From: Dehalococcoidia bacterium
GTDB lineage: Bacteria; Chloroflexota; Dehalococcoidia; UBA2979
Length of the DNA: 64,000 bases
Reading direction: 5' to 3'
NCBI GenBank assembly: GCA_963667465.2
Contig: CAXXDN010000002.1
Location: 1 to 64,000 of the forward strand
Positions 28,474-38,301 of the stretch are shown piece by piece (position 1 is the stretch's first letter; every line of letters begins with the position of its first letter). The position numbers were made by a program, and so were the translations under genes. The notes below the pieces were generated by a model that was not told where the DNA came from, did not search any database, and was given only the letters and a program-made list of their open reading frames with translations.

Positions 28474-28938
28474 ATGCGCATCTCGGTCATCGGTGGCGAA
28501 CAAGCGGAGGGCGAGGCGGCGCGGCTGGCGTTCGAGGTCGGCCGCGAGCTGGGCGCGCGCGGGCACGTGCTGATCTGCGGCGGTCGCGGCGGCGTGATGC
28601 GCGAGGCCTGCCGGGGTGCGAAGGAGCGCGGCGGCCTGACGATCGGCATCCTGCCGGGCGACGACCTCGGCGAGGCGAACGAGTACGTCGACATCCCGCT
28701 GCCGAGCGGCCTCGGCTTCGCGCGCAACGTGCTTGTCGCACGCGCCGGCGAGGCCGTGATCGCCATCGACGGCAAGTTCGGCACGCTCTCCGAGATCGCC
28801 TTCGCGCTCATCTCCGAGCGGCCGGTGATCGGCCTCGGCACCTGGGAGCTGCGCGACGGCGACGGCGAGCACGCCCCGATCGAGCGTGTTGAGGACGCCG
28901 TGGCTGCCGTGGACGCCTGCGAGGCGGCCGTCCGCTAG
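28474..28938 (+). CDS. TIGR00725/LOG-like protein
   Basis: ICGGRGGVMREACRGA, TIGILPG, GFARN, GTLSEI. Confidence 0.88.
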   Translation: MRISVIGGEQAEGEAARLAFEVGRELGARGHVLICGGRGGVMREACRGAKERGGLTIGILPGDDLGEANEYVDIPLPSGLGFARNVLVARAGEAVIAIDGKFGTLSEIAFALISERPVIGLGTWELRDGDGEHAPIERVEDAVAAVDACEAAVR

Positions 28939-29711
28939 TCCAGCTCGGCGGGCCGGCGCGCCCGATAGCGCAGGTACAGCTCGCTCGTCTCCGCGTTGCG
29001 GAAGGCCGAGAGCAGCTCGAGGCGCCGCACGCCCTCGTGCGTGGCGGGATGGCCAGGCGTCTCGACGGCGGTCGGGCCGCCCTCGCCGCCGGTGACGAGC
29101 GCGCCGACCGTCAGGAACAGCTCATCGGCGAGGCCGCGGCGGAAGAACTCGCCGTTGAGCGACGGGCCGCCCTCCAGCAGCAGCAGCCGACAGTCGAGCG
29201 CCTCGCGCATGTGCGCGAGCATCGAGGGAACCTCGGCGCCCGCGGGGACGCGCTGGACCGGTCGGCCGGCGGCCGCGAGCGTGGCGGCTCGCTCGGCGGA
29301 GGCGCCGTCCGAGAGGTAGACGACGCCCTCGAAGTCGCTCCCGCTGAAGAAGCGGTTATCGAGCGGCAGGTCGCCGGAGTGCGAGAGCGTGGCGGCGATC
29401 GGCAGGCGCGGCTTGCCGCGGGCGACGCGCAGCGCCTCGAGGGCCTCGTCGTTGAGGCGCGGCGAGTGGCCGCTGGCGCGCAGCGTGCCCGCGCCGGTGA
29501 GCACGACGTCGGCGTGGACGCGCAGCTCGCGCAGCAGCTGGCGGTCGGCTGCCGAGCCGAGGCCTTGCTCGCGGCCCTCGATGACGGTCGTGCCGTCGGC
29601 GGACGCGACCATGTTGACGATCACGTAGGGCCGATCGGCGGGCGCCTCGGGAAACTCGAGCGCCGTGTAGTCCGGAGTGCCGGTGTCGGGAATGCCGCCG
29701 GGAGTGTCCAT
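28935..29711 (-). CDS. RibD C-terminal/dihydrofolate reductase-family protein
   Basis: RPYVIVNMVASADG, GAGTLR, LEGGPSLNG. Confidence 0.88.
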   Translation of the reverse strand: MDTPGGIPDTGTPDYTALEFPEAPADRPYVIVNMVASADGTTVIEGREQGLGSAADRQLLRELRVHADVVLTGAGTLRASGHSPRLNDEALEALRVARGKPRLPIAATLSHSGDLPLDNRFFSGSDFEGVVYLSDGASAERAATLAAAGRPVQRVPAGAEVPSMLAHMREALDCRLLLLEGGPSLNGEFFRRGLADELFLTVGALVTGGEGGPTAVETPGHPATHEGVRRLELLSAFRNAETSELYLRYRARRPAELD

Positions 29712-29789
29712 GGGCGCGAGTCTGCCACCGCGCCACCGCGCGCGGCTACTGCGCCCACTGGCCGCGACGAGTGCGGCTAGTCGCGGCGG

Positions 29790-30965
29790 CTAGCCGCGGG
29801 GAAGGCCGAGGCCCTGCAGCGCGATGATGTTGCGCTGAATCTCACTGCTGCCGCCCGCAATCGTGATCGCAACGTTGAACTTGTGCGTGGTCCAGATCTG
29901 GCCCTCAAGCGGGGCCTCCACCGAGGCCGGCGGCAGCGAGCCGAGCGGGCCGGCGATCTCCGTGCCGAACTCGCCCACACGGCGCTCGAGCTCGGTCATG
30001 AAGATCTTCAGCACCGACGACTCGGTGCGCAGCTTCAGGCCCGCGGCGATCTTCGAGGCGGTCATGCCCTGCAGCACGTCCCCCGCCTCCTGATCGATCA
30101 CCAGCTGCGCGAGCCGGTCGCGCACCCATGGGTCCTCGGAGAGCGGCCGGCCGTCGACCTTCGTCTCCTTGATGAAGGCAATCAGGTTGTCGCGGATGAG
30201 CGGCATGTGCCCGTACGGGATCCCCGAGGTGCGATCCAGGTCCAGCGCCTCGCGCACGTAGTCCCAGCCGCGGTTCTCCTCGCCCAGCAGGTGGTCGGCG
30301 GGGACGCGCACGTCGTCGTAGAACGTCGCGCCGACCTCGCCGCCATCGAGCGTCGGCATCCCCGCGACGGTGAAGCCCTCGCGGCCGTGCTCGACGAAGA
30401 GCAGCGAGATGCCGTCGCGCAGTGGCGCGTCCGGGTCCGTGCGGACGGCGAGGTACATGATGTCGCCCTCGGAGGGGTGGCCGTACATCTTCGAGCCGTT
30501 GATCACGTACTCGTCGCCGTCGCGGTAGGCGCTGGTCGAGAGGTTGGCGAGGTCCGAGCCGGTCTCCGGCTCGGTGAAGCCGAGCACGAAGTCGATCTCC
30601 CCGTCGCGGATCTTCGGGAGCAACTCGGACTTCATCCAGGGCGAGCCGTGCTTGATGATCAGCGGCCCCATGATGTTGACGTTGTAGAGCGAGAGCGGCG
30701 CGCCCACGCGCGAGGCCTCGTCGGAGAGGATGAAGCGTTCGACGGCGGTCAGGTCGCCGGTGCCGCCGTACTCCTCGGGCCAGCCGATCGAGTACCAGCC
30801 GCGGGCGGCGACCATGTCCTTGAAGCGCTTGACCGCTTCCGCGTGCTCGGGCGCGCGACGGCTGAGGCGGTCTGCTGAGCGCACCTCCTCCGGCCAGGCG
30901 TCCTCGAGGAACTCACGGATCTGCGCGCGGAACCCGTTTTGCTCGTCGCTCCAGGCGAAGTCCAT
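29790..30965 (-). CDS. Acyl-CoA dehydrogenase (catalytic-Glu type)
   Basis: GFTEPETGSDL, NGSKMY, TIAGGSSEIQRN. Confidence 0.92.
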   Translation of the reverse strand: MDFAWSDEQNGFRAQIREFLEDAWPEEVRSADRLSRRAPEHAEAVKRFKDMVAARGWYSIGWPEEYGGTGDLTAVERFILSDEASRVGAPLSLYNVNIMGPLIIKHGSPWMKSELLPKIRDGEIDFVLGFTEPETGSDLANLSTSAYRDGDEYVINGSKMYGHPSEGDIMYLAVRTDPDAPLRDGISLLFVEHGREGFTVAGMPTLDGGEVGATFYDDVRVPADHLLGEENRGWDYVREALDLDRTSGIPYGHMPLIRDNLIAFIKETKVDGRPLSEDPWVRDRLAQLVIDQEAGDVLQGMTASKIAAGLKLRTESSVLKIFMTELERRVGEFGTEIAGPLGSLPPASVEAPLEGQIWTTHKFNVAITIAGGSSEIQRNIIALQGLGLPRG

Positions 30966-30996
30966 CTGCCTGCGTCCCTTCGCGTCCCCGTCGCGT

Positions 30997-32154
30997 CTAG
31001 TCGCGAGGCAGGCCGAGGCCCTGCAGCGCGATGATGTTGCGCTGAATCTCGTTGCTGCCGCCGGCGATGGTGATGCCGGGGTTGTTGCGGTGCGTGTAGT
31101 GGAACCAGCCGCCCGAGGGCGCCTCGGGCGAGTCCGGCGTGAGCGAGGCGAGCGGCCCGGAGACCTCCATCGCGAACTCGCCGATGCGCCGCTCCAGCTC
31201 GGTCAGGAAGATCTTCACGACGGACGACTCCATGCGCAGCTTCAGGCCCGCCGCGATCTTCGAGGCGGTCATGCCCTGCAGCAGCTCGCCCGCCTCGATC
31301 TCGATCACGAACTGGGCGATGCGGTCGCGCACCCACGGATCCTCGATCAGCGGGCGGCCGTCGAGCGAGGACTCCTTGACGTACTCGATCAGCTCGCCCA
31401 GGCGCTCAGGCATCTGGCCGTAGGTGATGCCGCTGGTGCGGTCGAGGTCGAGCGCCTCGCGGATGTAGTCCCAGCCCTTGTTCTCCTCGCCAAGGAGGTG
31501 GTCGGCGGGCACGCGCACGTTGTCGTAGAAGGTGGCGCCGACGTTGTTGCCGGCCAGGGTCGGCATCTCCAGGGAGGTAAAGCCCTCGCGGCCGTGCTCG
31601 ACGAAGAGGACGGAGATGCCGCGGCGCAGCGGCGCGTCGGGGTCCGTGCGCACGGCGAGGTACATGATCTCGTCGGGGCCGGGGTTGCCGTACATCTTCG
31701 AGCCGTTGATCACATACTCGTCGCCGTCGCGGTAGGCGCGCGTCGTGAGGTTGGCGAGGTCCGAGCCGGTCTCCGGCTCCGTGAAGCCGAGCGTGAAGTC
31801 CACGTCGCCGGCGCGGATCCTGGGCAGCACCTCCTCCTTCATCCAGGGCGTGCCGTACTTCATGATCAGCGGCCCCATGATGCTGACGAGGTAGGCGGGG
31901 AGCGGCGCGCCGATGCGGCTCGCCTCGTCACTGACGATGTAGCGCTCCATCTGGCTGAAGTCGGGCAGGCCCCCGTACTCCTCGGGGAGTCCCAGGGAGA
32001 AGAGGCCGCGCTGCGCGGCGGCGCGGCGGAAGCGCTCGCCCTCCTCGGGGCCCGCGCGCCCGGCGCGCTGGGCCTCGGGCGGCCACTCGCGCTCGAAGAA
32101 CTCGCGCACCTCGGCGCGGAACTGCTTTTCGCTCTCGGTGTATTCGAAGTCCAT
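30997..32154 (-). CDS. Acyl-CoA dehydrogenase, close paralog of 29790-30965
   Basis: GFTEPETGSDL, TIAGGSNEIQRN. Confidence 0.92.
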   Translation of the reverse strand: MDFEYTESEKQFRAEVREFFEREWPPEAQRAGRAGPEEGERFRRAAAQRGLFSLGLPEEYGGLPDFSQMERYIVSDEASRIGAPLPAYLVSIMGPLIMKYGTPWMKEEVLPRIRAGDVDFTLGFTEPETGSDLANLTTRAYRDGDEYVINGSKMYGNPGPDEIMYLAVRTDPDAPLRRGISVLFVEHGREGFTSLEMPTLAGNNVGATFYDNVRVPADHLLGEENKGWDYIREALDLDRTSGITYGQMPERLGELIEYVKESSLDGRPLIEDPWVRDRIAQFVIEIEAGELLQGMTASKIAAGLKLRMESSVVKIFLTELERRIGEFAMEVSGPLASLTPDSPEAPSGGWFHYTHRNNPGITIAGGSNEIQRNIIALQGLGLPRD

Positions 32155-32195
32155 GTCGATCCTCCGTCGTCTCGCTGCGAGTTCGGTCGCTGCGG

Positions 32196-33254
32196 CTAGT
32201 CGAGGATCGCGCTGGCCACGGCGCGCCGGTGTTCGTGCGCTGTGCCGTAGGTGCAGGCCGCGGCCGTGCCGATGCGGTAGGGGAACTGCACGAAGTGATC
32301 GTCGATGAAGCCGACGCCGCCGTGCACCTGGATCGCGTCGCGGGTGATGCGCGCGGTGGCGTCCCCCATGAACGCCTTGGCGTAATGTGCGCCCATCTCG
32401 TACGGCTGGCCGGTCGAGTGTAGCCAGGCGGCCTTGTAGCAGAGGTAGCGCCCGGTCTCGATGTCGACGGACATGTTGGCGCACTTGTGCGAGATCGCCT
32501 GGAACGTGCCGATCGGCTTCCCGAAGGCGACGCGCGTCTTCGAGTACTCCGAGGCCAGCTCGAGCGACCGCTGGCAGAGCCCGAGCATCAGCACGGAGTT
32601 GGCGATCGCCCCGAGCAGCGTGACGTGGTCCTGCAGCCCGGCGGCCGAGACCACGCGGCCCGAGGCGCCCTCGAAGCGCACGTCGTAGAGCGGCTCACCG
32701 CCGGAGGCGGGCATGCGCACGGCGCTGACGCCGTCAGCGCCGGTCTCGACGACGGCCATCTCGTCGCCGTCGGCGAGCGGGACCAGCAGGTGCGTGGCCA
32801 GCTCCGCCCACGGCACCACGAGGCGGCGGTCGGTCAGCGTGACGGCGGCGCCGTCGCCGCGCGCCGCCGTCTGCTCGCCGCCGCCGGCGGCGGTGAGCGC
32901 CGGGATGACGACCGCCTCGCCGTCGGCGATCGCCTGGGCGAGGTCGGCGTCGGCCTCGACGAGCGCGAGGCCGGCGGCGATCGTCGAGTGGGGGTAGGGG
33001 CTGACGCAGTAGCCCTTGCCCATCTCCTCGAGCAGCAGGACGGTGTCGAAGATGCCGCCGCCGGTGCCGCCCATCTCCTCGGGGAACGGAGCGGAGTTCC
33101 AGCCGAGGTCGACGATGTTGGGCCAGAGCGCGGTGTCGTAGCCCTCGTCGGCGCGGTAGCCGTCGCGCATGCGGTCGAGCGGGAAGTCACGCGAGAAGAA
33201 CTCGCGCGCGGTCTGCCCGAGCAGTTCCTGCAGTTCGTTGAATTCGTGGTTCAC
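32196..33254 (-). CDS. Acyl-CoA dehydrogenase, short partner subunit
   Basis: RVAFGKPIGTFQAISHK, IQVHGGVGF; lacks the TEP and GGxxE motifs. Confidence 0.88.
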   Translation of the reverse strand: MNHEFNELQELLGQTAREFFSRDFPLDRMRDGYRADEGYDTALWPNIVDLGWNSAPFPEEMGGTGGGIFDTVLLLEEMGKGYCVSPYPHSTIAAGLALVEADADLAQAIADGEAVVIPALTAAGGGEQTAARGDGAAVTLTDRRLVVPWAELATHLLVPLADGDEMAVVETGADGVSAVRMPASGGEPLYDVRFEGASGRVVSAAGLQDHVTLLGAIANSVLMLGLCQRSLELASEYSKTRVAFGKPIGTFQAISHKCANMSVDIETGRYLCYKAAWLHSTGQPYEMGAHYAKAFMGDATARITRDAIQVHGGVGFIDDHFVQFPYRIGTAAACTYGTAHEHRRAVASAILD

Positions 33255-33418
33255 GTAGAGGCCGCCCCTCGTATCGCGGGCTCCGGGGCAGCAGGTGGTG
33301 GTGTCCGCGGCGTCGCCCCCGGCCCTCGCACGCCGCGCGCGTCAATATATGCCGCCTGCGTTGCTGGGGGTAGCGCGCGGGCGGGTGCGGGTCAGTTGCA
33401 GTAGGGGAGGCCGACAGC

Positions 33419-35062
33419 TCACCCCCCCAGCCCGGCGAGCTCCTCGATGGAGCCGTCGACGTAGAGGATGGAGGCGGCGGCGGCGAGCTGCTCGGTGAGG
33501 CGGGCGCGCGTGGCCTCGTCGGTTACGCCGGCGGCGGCGGCGATGCGGCCGCTCAGCTCGGCGATCGAGGCGCGACCGTCCGCCGAGGCGAGCATGCGCG
33601 CGACGGGGAGGCTCAGCGGCGCGCCCTCGGGGCGCTGCTCGCTGCTGAGCACGTGGCCCCAGGCGAACTCGTCGCCCTCGATCACCGGCTTGCGCTCGAT
33701 GCGCACGCCCGCGTCGAGGCGGGGGGCCGAGGCGGCGACCGCCGCCGGGCCGGCGCGGTCGAGGGCGGCGCGGCGCGCCTCGCGCTCCGCCTCGACGGCG
33801 CGCACACCATCGACGAAGGCGGGCGGGGCGTCGCCGTGGTTGATCACGGCGCGCTCGTAGCCGATCGGCGATTGCCCGGCGACCATGCGGATGAAGGCGT
33901 GGCGCGGGCTGAACTCGGAGTCGTCGCTGATCCGGCGCGCCTCCCAGAAGTAGGAGCCGGCGCTGCGATTGCTCGAGTAGAAGAGCATCGCCAGCCGGTG
34001 GAAATTGTTGTACTGCGCGAGGTAGAGGTCGGCGTAGGCCTCGGCGGCGGGGCCCTCGAGCGTCGGGTCGCGCAGCGCCGAGGCGATGTAGGCGGCGGCC
34101 AGCACGCCGCTGCTCAGCGCCAGGTGCACGCCCGAGGAGAACAGCGGGTCGACGAAGCAGCCGGCGTCGCCGACCAGGACGTAGCCCGGTCCGGCCAGCC
34201 GGCGCGAGCGGTAGGACCAGTCCCGCACGACATGTGGCCCGTCGACGAGCGAGGCGCGTTCGAGCAGCGCCGCGGTGCGCGGCGCTGAGGCGATGCGGTC
34301 GCGGAACGCCTCGGCCACGCCCAGCTCGCCGATCGCGCGCTGCCCCTCCTCGCTGTCGAGGACGACGCCGACGCTGGCCTGGCCGGTGTGCAGCGGGATC
34401 GTCCAGCACCAGCCGTGCTCGCAGGACTCGATGAAGATGTTGGTCGCGTCCGGCTCCGGCAGGCGCGCGGCGTCCTCGAAGTAGGCATAGATCGCGAGGT
34501 TGCGGAAGAAGTCGTCCCACTCGCGCAAGCCGAGGGCGTGACCGAGCAGCGCCGACTGGCCGCTGGCGTCGACGACCCAGCGGGCGGCGACGAAGCCCTC
34601 GGCGCCCTCGTCCGTGCGGTAGCGCACGCCGCTGGCGCGGCCGTCCTCGAAGGGCACTTCGACGGCCTGGCAGCCCTCGTGGACCGCGACGCCGAGGGCG
34701 CGGGCGTGTTCGAGCAGGATCTGGTCGAACTCGGGGCGGGTGACCTGGAACGAGCTGGGGTAGCTGCGGTTGGTCTCGTGGAAGTACCAGCTCCACGGCT
34801 CCGGGTCGGAGCCCCAGACCATCGTCGCGCCGTGCTTGGGCAGGAAGCCGGCCGCCTCGATGGCGGGGAGCACGCCGAGGCGTTCGAGGATCGGGATGCT
34901 CGCCGGCAGTAACGACTCGCCGACGTGGTCGCGCGGGAAGCGTTCGCGCTCCAGCAGGACGACGCTGAGGCCGCCGCGAGCGAGCAGCGCTGCGGCGCTG
35001 CTGCCGCCGGGCCCGCCGCCGATGACGGCGACGTCAGCCTGCGCGGCGGGCGGCTCGTTCAT
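33419..35062 (-). CDS. FAD-dependent halogenase-family protein with C-terminal extension
   Basis: GGGPGG, FPRDHVGES, FLPKHGA (Lys), GWCWTIP, GDAGCFVDPLFSSGV. Confidence 0.82.
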   Translation of the reverse strand: MNEPPAAQADVAVIGGGPGGSSAAALLARGGLSVVLLERERFPRDHVGESLLPASIPILERLGVLPAIEAAGFLPKHGATMVWGSDPEPWSWYFHETNRSYPSSFQVTRPEFDQILLEHARALGVAVHEGCQAVEVPFEDGRASGVRYRTDEGAEGFVAARWVVDASGQSALLGHALGLREWDDFFRNLAIYAYFEDAARLPEPDATNIFIESCEHGWCWTIPLHTGQASVGVVLDSEEGQRAIGELGVAEAFRDRIASAPRTAALLERASLVDGPHVVRDWSYRSRRLAGPGYVLVGDAGCFVDPLFSSGVHLALSSGVLAAAYIASALRDPTLEGPAAEAYADLYLAQYNNFHRLAMLFYSSNRSAGSYFWEARRISDDSEFSPRHAFIRMVAGQSPIGYERAVINHGDAPPAFVDGVRAVEAEREARRAALDRAGPAAVAASAPRLDAGVRIERKPVIEGDEFAWGHVLSSEQRPEGAPLSLPVARMLASADGRASIAELSGRIAAAAGVTDEATRARLTEQLAAAASILYVDGSIEELAGLGG

Positions 35063-35087
35063 CGTGCCCGTGCGGCGCGCCTCGCGA

Positions 35088-36389
35088 TCAGGCGGGGGCC
35101 GCGGCCTCGTCGGCGACCGGCTCGTTGGTCGCCGGGTTCACCTCGTAGGGGCCGCGCAGTTCGAGTTCGTCGCCGATCTCGCGGACGGCGGGGATGACCT
35201 CTTCGCCGAAGAGCTTGAGGCTGCGCATCTGGTCCTCGTGGCTCATCGCGCCGTCACCGTCCCAGAAGAAGATCGCGCCCGGCCGCAGGTACTCGAGGAC
35301 GTGGCGGACCTTGGGGATCACGGTCTTCGGCGTGCCGGTGATGATCGTGTAGCGCTCGAGCTGTTCGTCGTAGGTGCCCTGGAAGCCCGCAGCCGAGAGG
35401 ATCTCCTTCCGAGGCTCGTCATCCGCGCCCTCGAGGCGGCCACGCGCGACGGCGGCAGCGCGGTTCATCGAGGTCGGCAGCAGGTGCGTGCGCGAGGTCA
35501 GGCCGGGCAGGTTCTGGAGGAAGGTGCGGACGATGCCCTGGTTGCCCTCCAGGAACGGGTTAGGCGGACCCTCCACGTACTTCTGCGCGGTCTCGTAGGC
35601 AAGCTCCTCGGTCTCGTCGACGTGCACCTTGAAGAGGTAGCCGCGGTGCTGCGAGCCGGCCTCGTAACCCTCCTCGGCGGCGACCTCGGCGTAGTACTCG
35701 AAGGACCGCTTTGTGGGCTCGAGGTCGGTGGCGAGCATGACGTAGGGGTAGCGATGACGGGCCGACCACTCGACGGTGTTCTTGCTCATCACGCCGGGGA
35801 TCCAGATCGGCGGGTGCGGGTCCTGGTAGGGCTTCGCCCAGGGGTTCACGTAGCGGAAGTTGTAGTGCTCGCCCTCCCAGCGGTAGGGGCCGGGGGTGGT
35901 CCAGGCCTTCACGACGAAGTCGTGGGCCTCCTGGAAGCGCTCCCAGTTGAACGGCGGCTGCGCGTTGTGGGAGACGCTCTCGCGCCCGGTCCCGCGCACC
36001 CAGCCGGTGACGAGCCGGCCGCGCGAGATCATGTCGATCTCGGCCAGTTCCTCGGCGAGGAAGAGCGGGTCGTCCCAGATCGGCAGGATGTTGCCGAGCA
36101 GCACGATCTTCACCTTCTTGGTGATGCGCGCGAGGATCGCGGCCTCGACGTTCATCACGGAGCCCATGCAGAACGGCGTCGAGTGGTGCTCGTTGAGCAT
36201 CACGCCATCGAAGCCCATTTCCTCGGCGTAGACGCGCTCATCGAGGTAGCGGTTGTAGAGTTCCGCGCCGACCTCGGGGTCGTAGACCTCGTTGGTGATG
36301 CCGAGGTCGGGAATGGGGCGCGCGGTGGTGCCGAAGACTCCGGACTTCTGGTCCTGGTACGGGCGCTCCGTGAAGTGACCGATGAACAT
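35088..36389 (-). CDS. LLM-class flavin-dependent monooxygenase
   Basis: GFDGVMLNEHH, DMISRGRL, PYQDPHPPIW. Confidence 0.9.
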   Translation of the reverse strand: MFIGHFTERPYQDQKSGVFGTTARPIPDLGITNEVYDPEVGAELYNRYLDERVYAEEMGFDGVMLNEHHSTPFCMGSVMNVEAAILARITKKVKIVLLGNILPIWDDPLFLAEELAEIDMISRGRLVTGWVRGTGRESVSHNAQPPFNWERFQEAHDFVVKAWTTPGPYRWEGEHYNFRYVNPWAKPYQDPHPPIWIPGVMSKNTVEWSARHRYPYVMLATDLEPTKRSFEYYAEVAAEEGYEAGSQHRGYLFKVHVDETEELAYETAQKYVEGPPNPFLEGNQGIVRTFLQNLPGLTSRTHLLPTSMNRAAAVARGRLEGADDEPRKEILSAAGFQGTYDEQLERYTIITGTPKTVIPKVRHVLEYLRPGAIFFWDGDGAMSHEDQMRSLKLFGEEVIPAVREIGDELELRGPYEVNPATNEPVADEAAAPA

Positions 36390-36549
36390 TGCCGTCTCCT
36401 GCCTTCATGGCGCGCCGCGCGAGGGGGCGCGTCTCGTCGCCATCGTACACCGGGCGGCTCGGGCCCGGCACGCGCGGGCGCTGTGCCGCGCTCCCGGGGT
36501 GCGGATCAGGCAGCCGCCGCGCGCGCCGCCCTGATCCCGCCGTGTGCGA

Positions 36550-37335
36550 TCAGCCGAGGTGCGCGGCTACGAGTTCCGCCAGCCGGTCCGGCTGCTCCAT
36601 GTCCACCATGTGGCCGCAGTCCGCGACGACCTCGATGCTGGCGTTGGGCAGGGCGGCCGCGTAGGCCTGCGCGACGGCCAGCGGCACAACGCCGTCGTCG
36701 GCGCCCCAGACCAGCAGGGTCGGGGTCTCCACCTCCTGCAGGAGGTGCGGGAGGCGGCGGTTGAACATGTACGGCTTCCAGGTCAGGCGTGCGGTCATCT
36801 CGCGGCTGAAGTCCCACAGTTCGCGGACCTCGGGAGCCGGATCCTCCCCGAACTCGGCGTGGAAGCTCGCCTCGTTACTGAAGCCGGCGCGCACGTACTC
36901 GTCGTAGTCGATCAGCATCTGGTCGAGGATCTCGCCCTCGTCCGGCTGGATGCCAGGCGCGCCGACGAGCACGAGGCTGCTGACACGTTGCTGGTTCATC
37001 GTCGCCATCTCGGCGGCGATCCAGCCGCCGAAGCCAAGCCCGACGACGGGGATTGGACCATGGCCGAGCTTGTCGAGCAGCTGGAGGATCAGGATGGCGA
37101 CGTCGCGGGCTTCGCGCGCCCACTCGGGGCGCTCGGACTGGCCGTAGCCGGGAAGGTCCGGCACCAGCACCTGGCGCGCCGCAGCCAGCTGCTCGTAGGC
37201 GGGCAGCCAGCCGTGGTTGCCGATCGAGTGGTGCAGCACCAGCACCGGGTCGCCGCTGCCACCCTGCAGGTACTGGACGCGGCGGCCCGCGACCTCGATC
37301 TGCTCTGTCGTGTGCGTCTCGGTGCTCGTCGTCAT
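36550..37335 (-). CDS. Alpha/beta-fold hydrolase-like protein (nucleophile elbow GLGFGG, no Ser)
   Basis: PDLPGYGQS, GLGFGG, WGADD, CGH. Confidence 0.82.
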   Translation of the reverse strand: MTTSTETHTTEQIEVAGRRVQYLQGGSGDPVLVLHHSIGNHGWLPAYEQLAAARQVLVPDLPGYGQSERPEWAREARDVAILILQLLDKLGHGPIPVVGLGFGGWIAAEMATMNQQRVSSLVLVGAPGIQPDEGEILDQMLIDYDEYVRAGFSNEASFHAEFGEDPAPEVRELWDFSREMTARLTWKPYMFNRRLPHLLQEVETPTLLVWGADDGVVPLAVAQAYAAALPNASIEVVADCGHMVDMEQPDRLAELVAAHLG

Positions 37336-37482
37336 GCTCTCACCCGTCGTCGGTCCGTGTCGGCTGACGCATCATACCAGCGGCCTGCTGCGCAAGCGCG
37401 GGCCCGCGCTGCCGCTCGAACGCGCAGCGCCGCGCGGCTACGATACGCGCGAGCATGCAGGTACGCGCGAAAGGGGTGCGGC

Positions 37483-37833
37483 GTGGAGGTCAAGCGGATC
37501 CGGCAGGTCTACATCGTCGCCGAGGACGTGGAGGCGGCCGCCCGCTTCTACACCGAGACGCTGGGGCTCTCCGAGCAATTCCGGGACGGCGCGAACTGGG
37601 TGCAGCTCTCCGCCGGCGACATCTCGCTCGCCATCGCGAGCGCCTCCGAGGGCCAGGGCGCGGCCGCCGGCCAGCCCGTCCCCGTCTTCGAGGTCGACGA
37701 CCTCGAGGCTGCCCTGGCCGCCGTCAGCAGGGGCGGCGGCGGCGCGGGCGCGGTACGGGATATGGGCGACCACGGCCGCACCGCCCTCGCGACGGACCCC
37801 TCCGGTGCGGCGATCTCGTTCTTCCAGCGCTGA
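37483..37833 (+). CDS. VOC/glyoxalase-family protein
   Basis: DVEAAARFYTETLGL, FEVDDL, DPSG. Confidence 0.85.
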   Translation: MEVKRIRQVYIVAEDVEAAARFYTETLGLSEQFRDGANWVQLSAGDISLAIASASEGQGAAAGQPVPVFEVDDLEAALAAVSRGGGGAGAVRDMGDHGRTALATDPSGAAISFFQR

Positions 37834-37860
37834 GGCTCGGGCGGCGGCAGCGCGCACCCA

Positions 37861-38301
37861 CTAGCGGCCCGTGATTGGGTCGCGCGCGCGGAGTTCCGGG
37901 AAGAGCGAGAAGTCGCGGTCTCGCGTGAGCAACGCCTCGGTTCCGTGGGCCACGCAGATGGCCGCGATCCTGGCGTCGTGGATGACTCCGCCGAGTACGC
38001 GGGGCCGCACGACGAAGCGCTCGAGAACCTCCGCGAAGCCGTCCGTCTCGCCGATCAGCCGCAGCGAGGGTGAGGCCATCCAGGCGGCAAGTTGCCCCCA
38101 CGCCTGCTCCGGGCTCGTCGGATTGTCTCGCCAGATGCGGGGGTTGGTCACGACGCTCAGGAACTCGTAGCAGCACGGCCATGGGATCGCCCAGGGAGTG
38201 TCACCCTCAGCCAGGCCGCGGAGGATCGAGGCTGCAGCTGCGTGGTGTCGCGATTCCCGGCGGTGGGCGTACACCAGCAGGTTCGTGTCGACCGCGATCA
38301 C
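37861..38301 (-). CDS. vapC: VapC PIN-domain toxin
   Basis: AVDTNLLVYA, IHDARIAA, TRDRDF. Confidence 0.9.
   Translation of the reverse strand: MIAVDTNLLVYAHRRESRHHAAAASILRGLAEGDTPWAIPWPCCYEFLSVVTNPRIWRDNPTSPEQAWGQLAAWMASPSLRLIGETDGFAEVLERFVVRPRVLGGVIHDARIAAICVAHGTEALLTRDRDFSLFPELRARDPITGR

Noticed and set aside
36390-36549. GC-rich hairpins between the hydrolase and LLM genes as a riboswitch or ncRNA
   Set aside because: No recognisable aptamer motif; such pairing is expected at this GC level.
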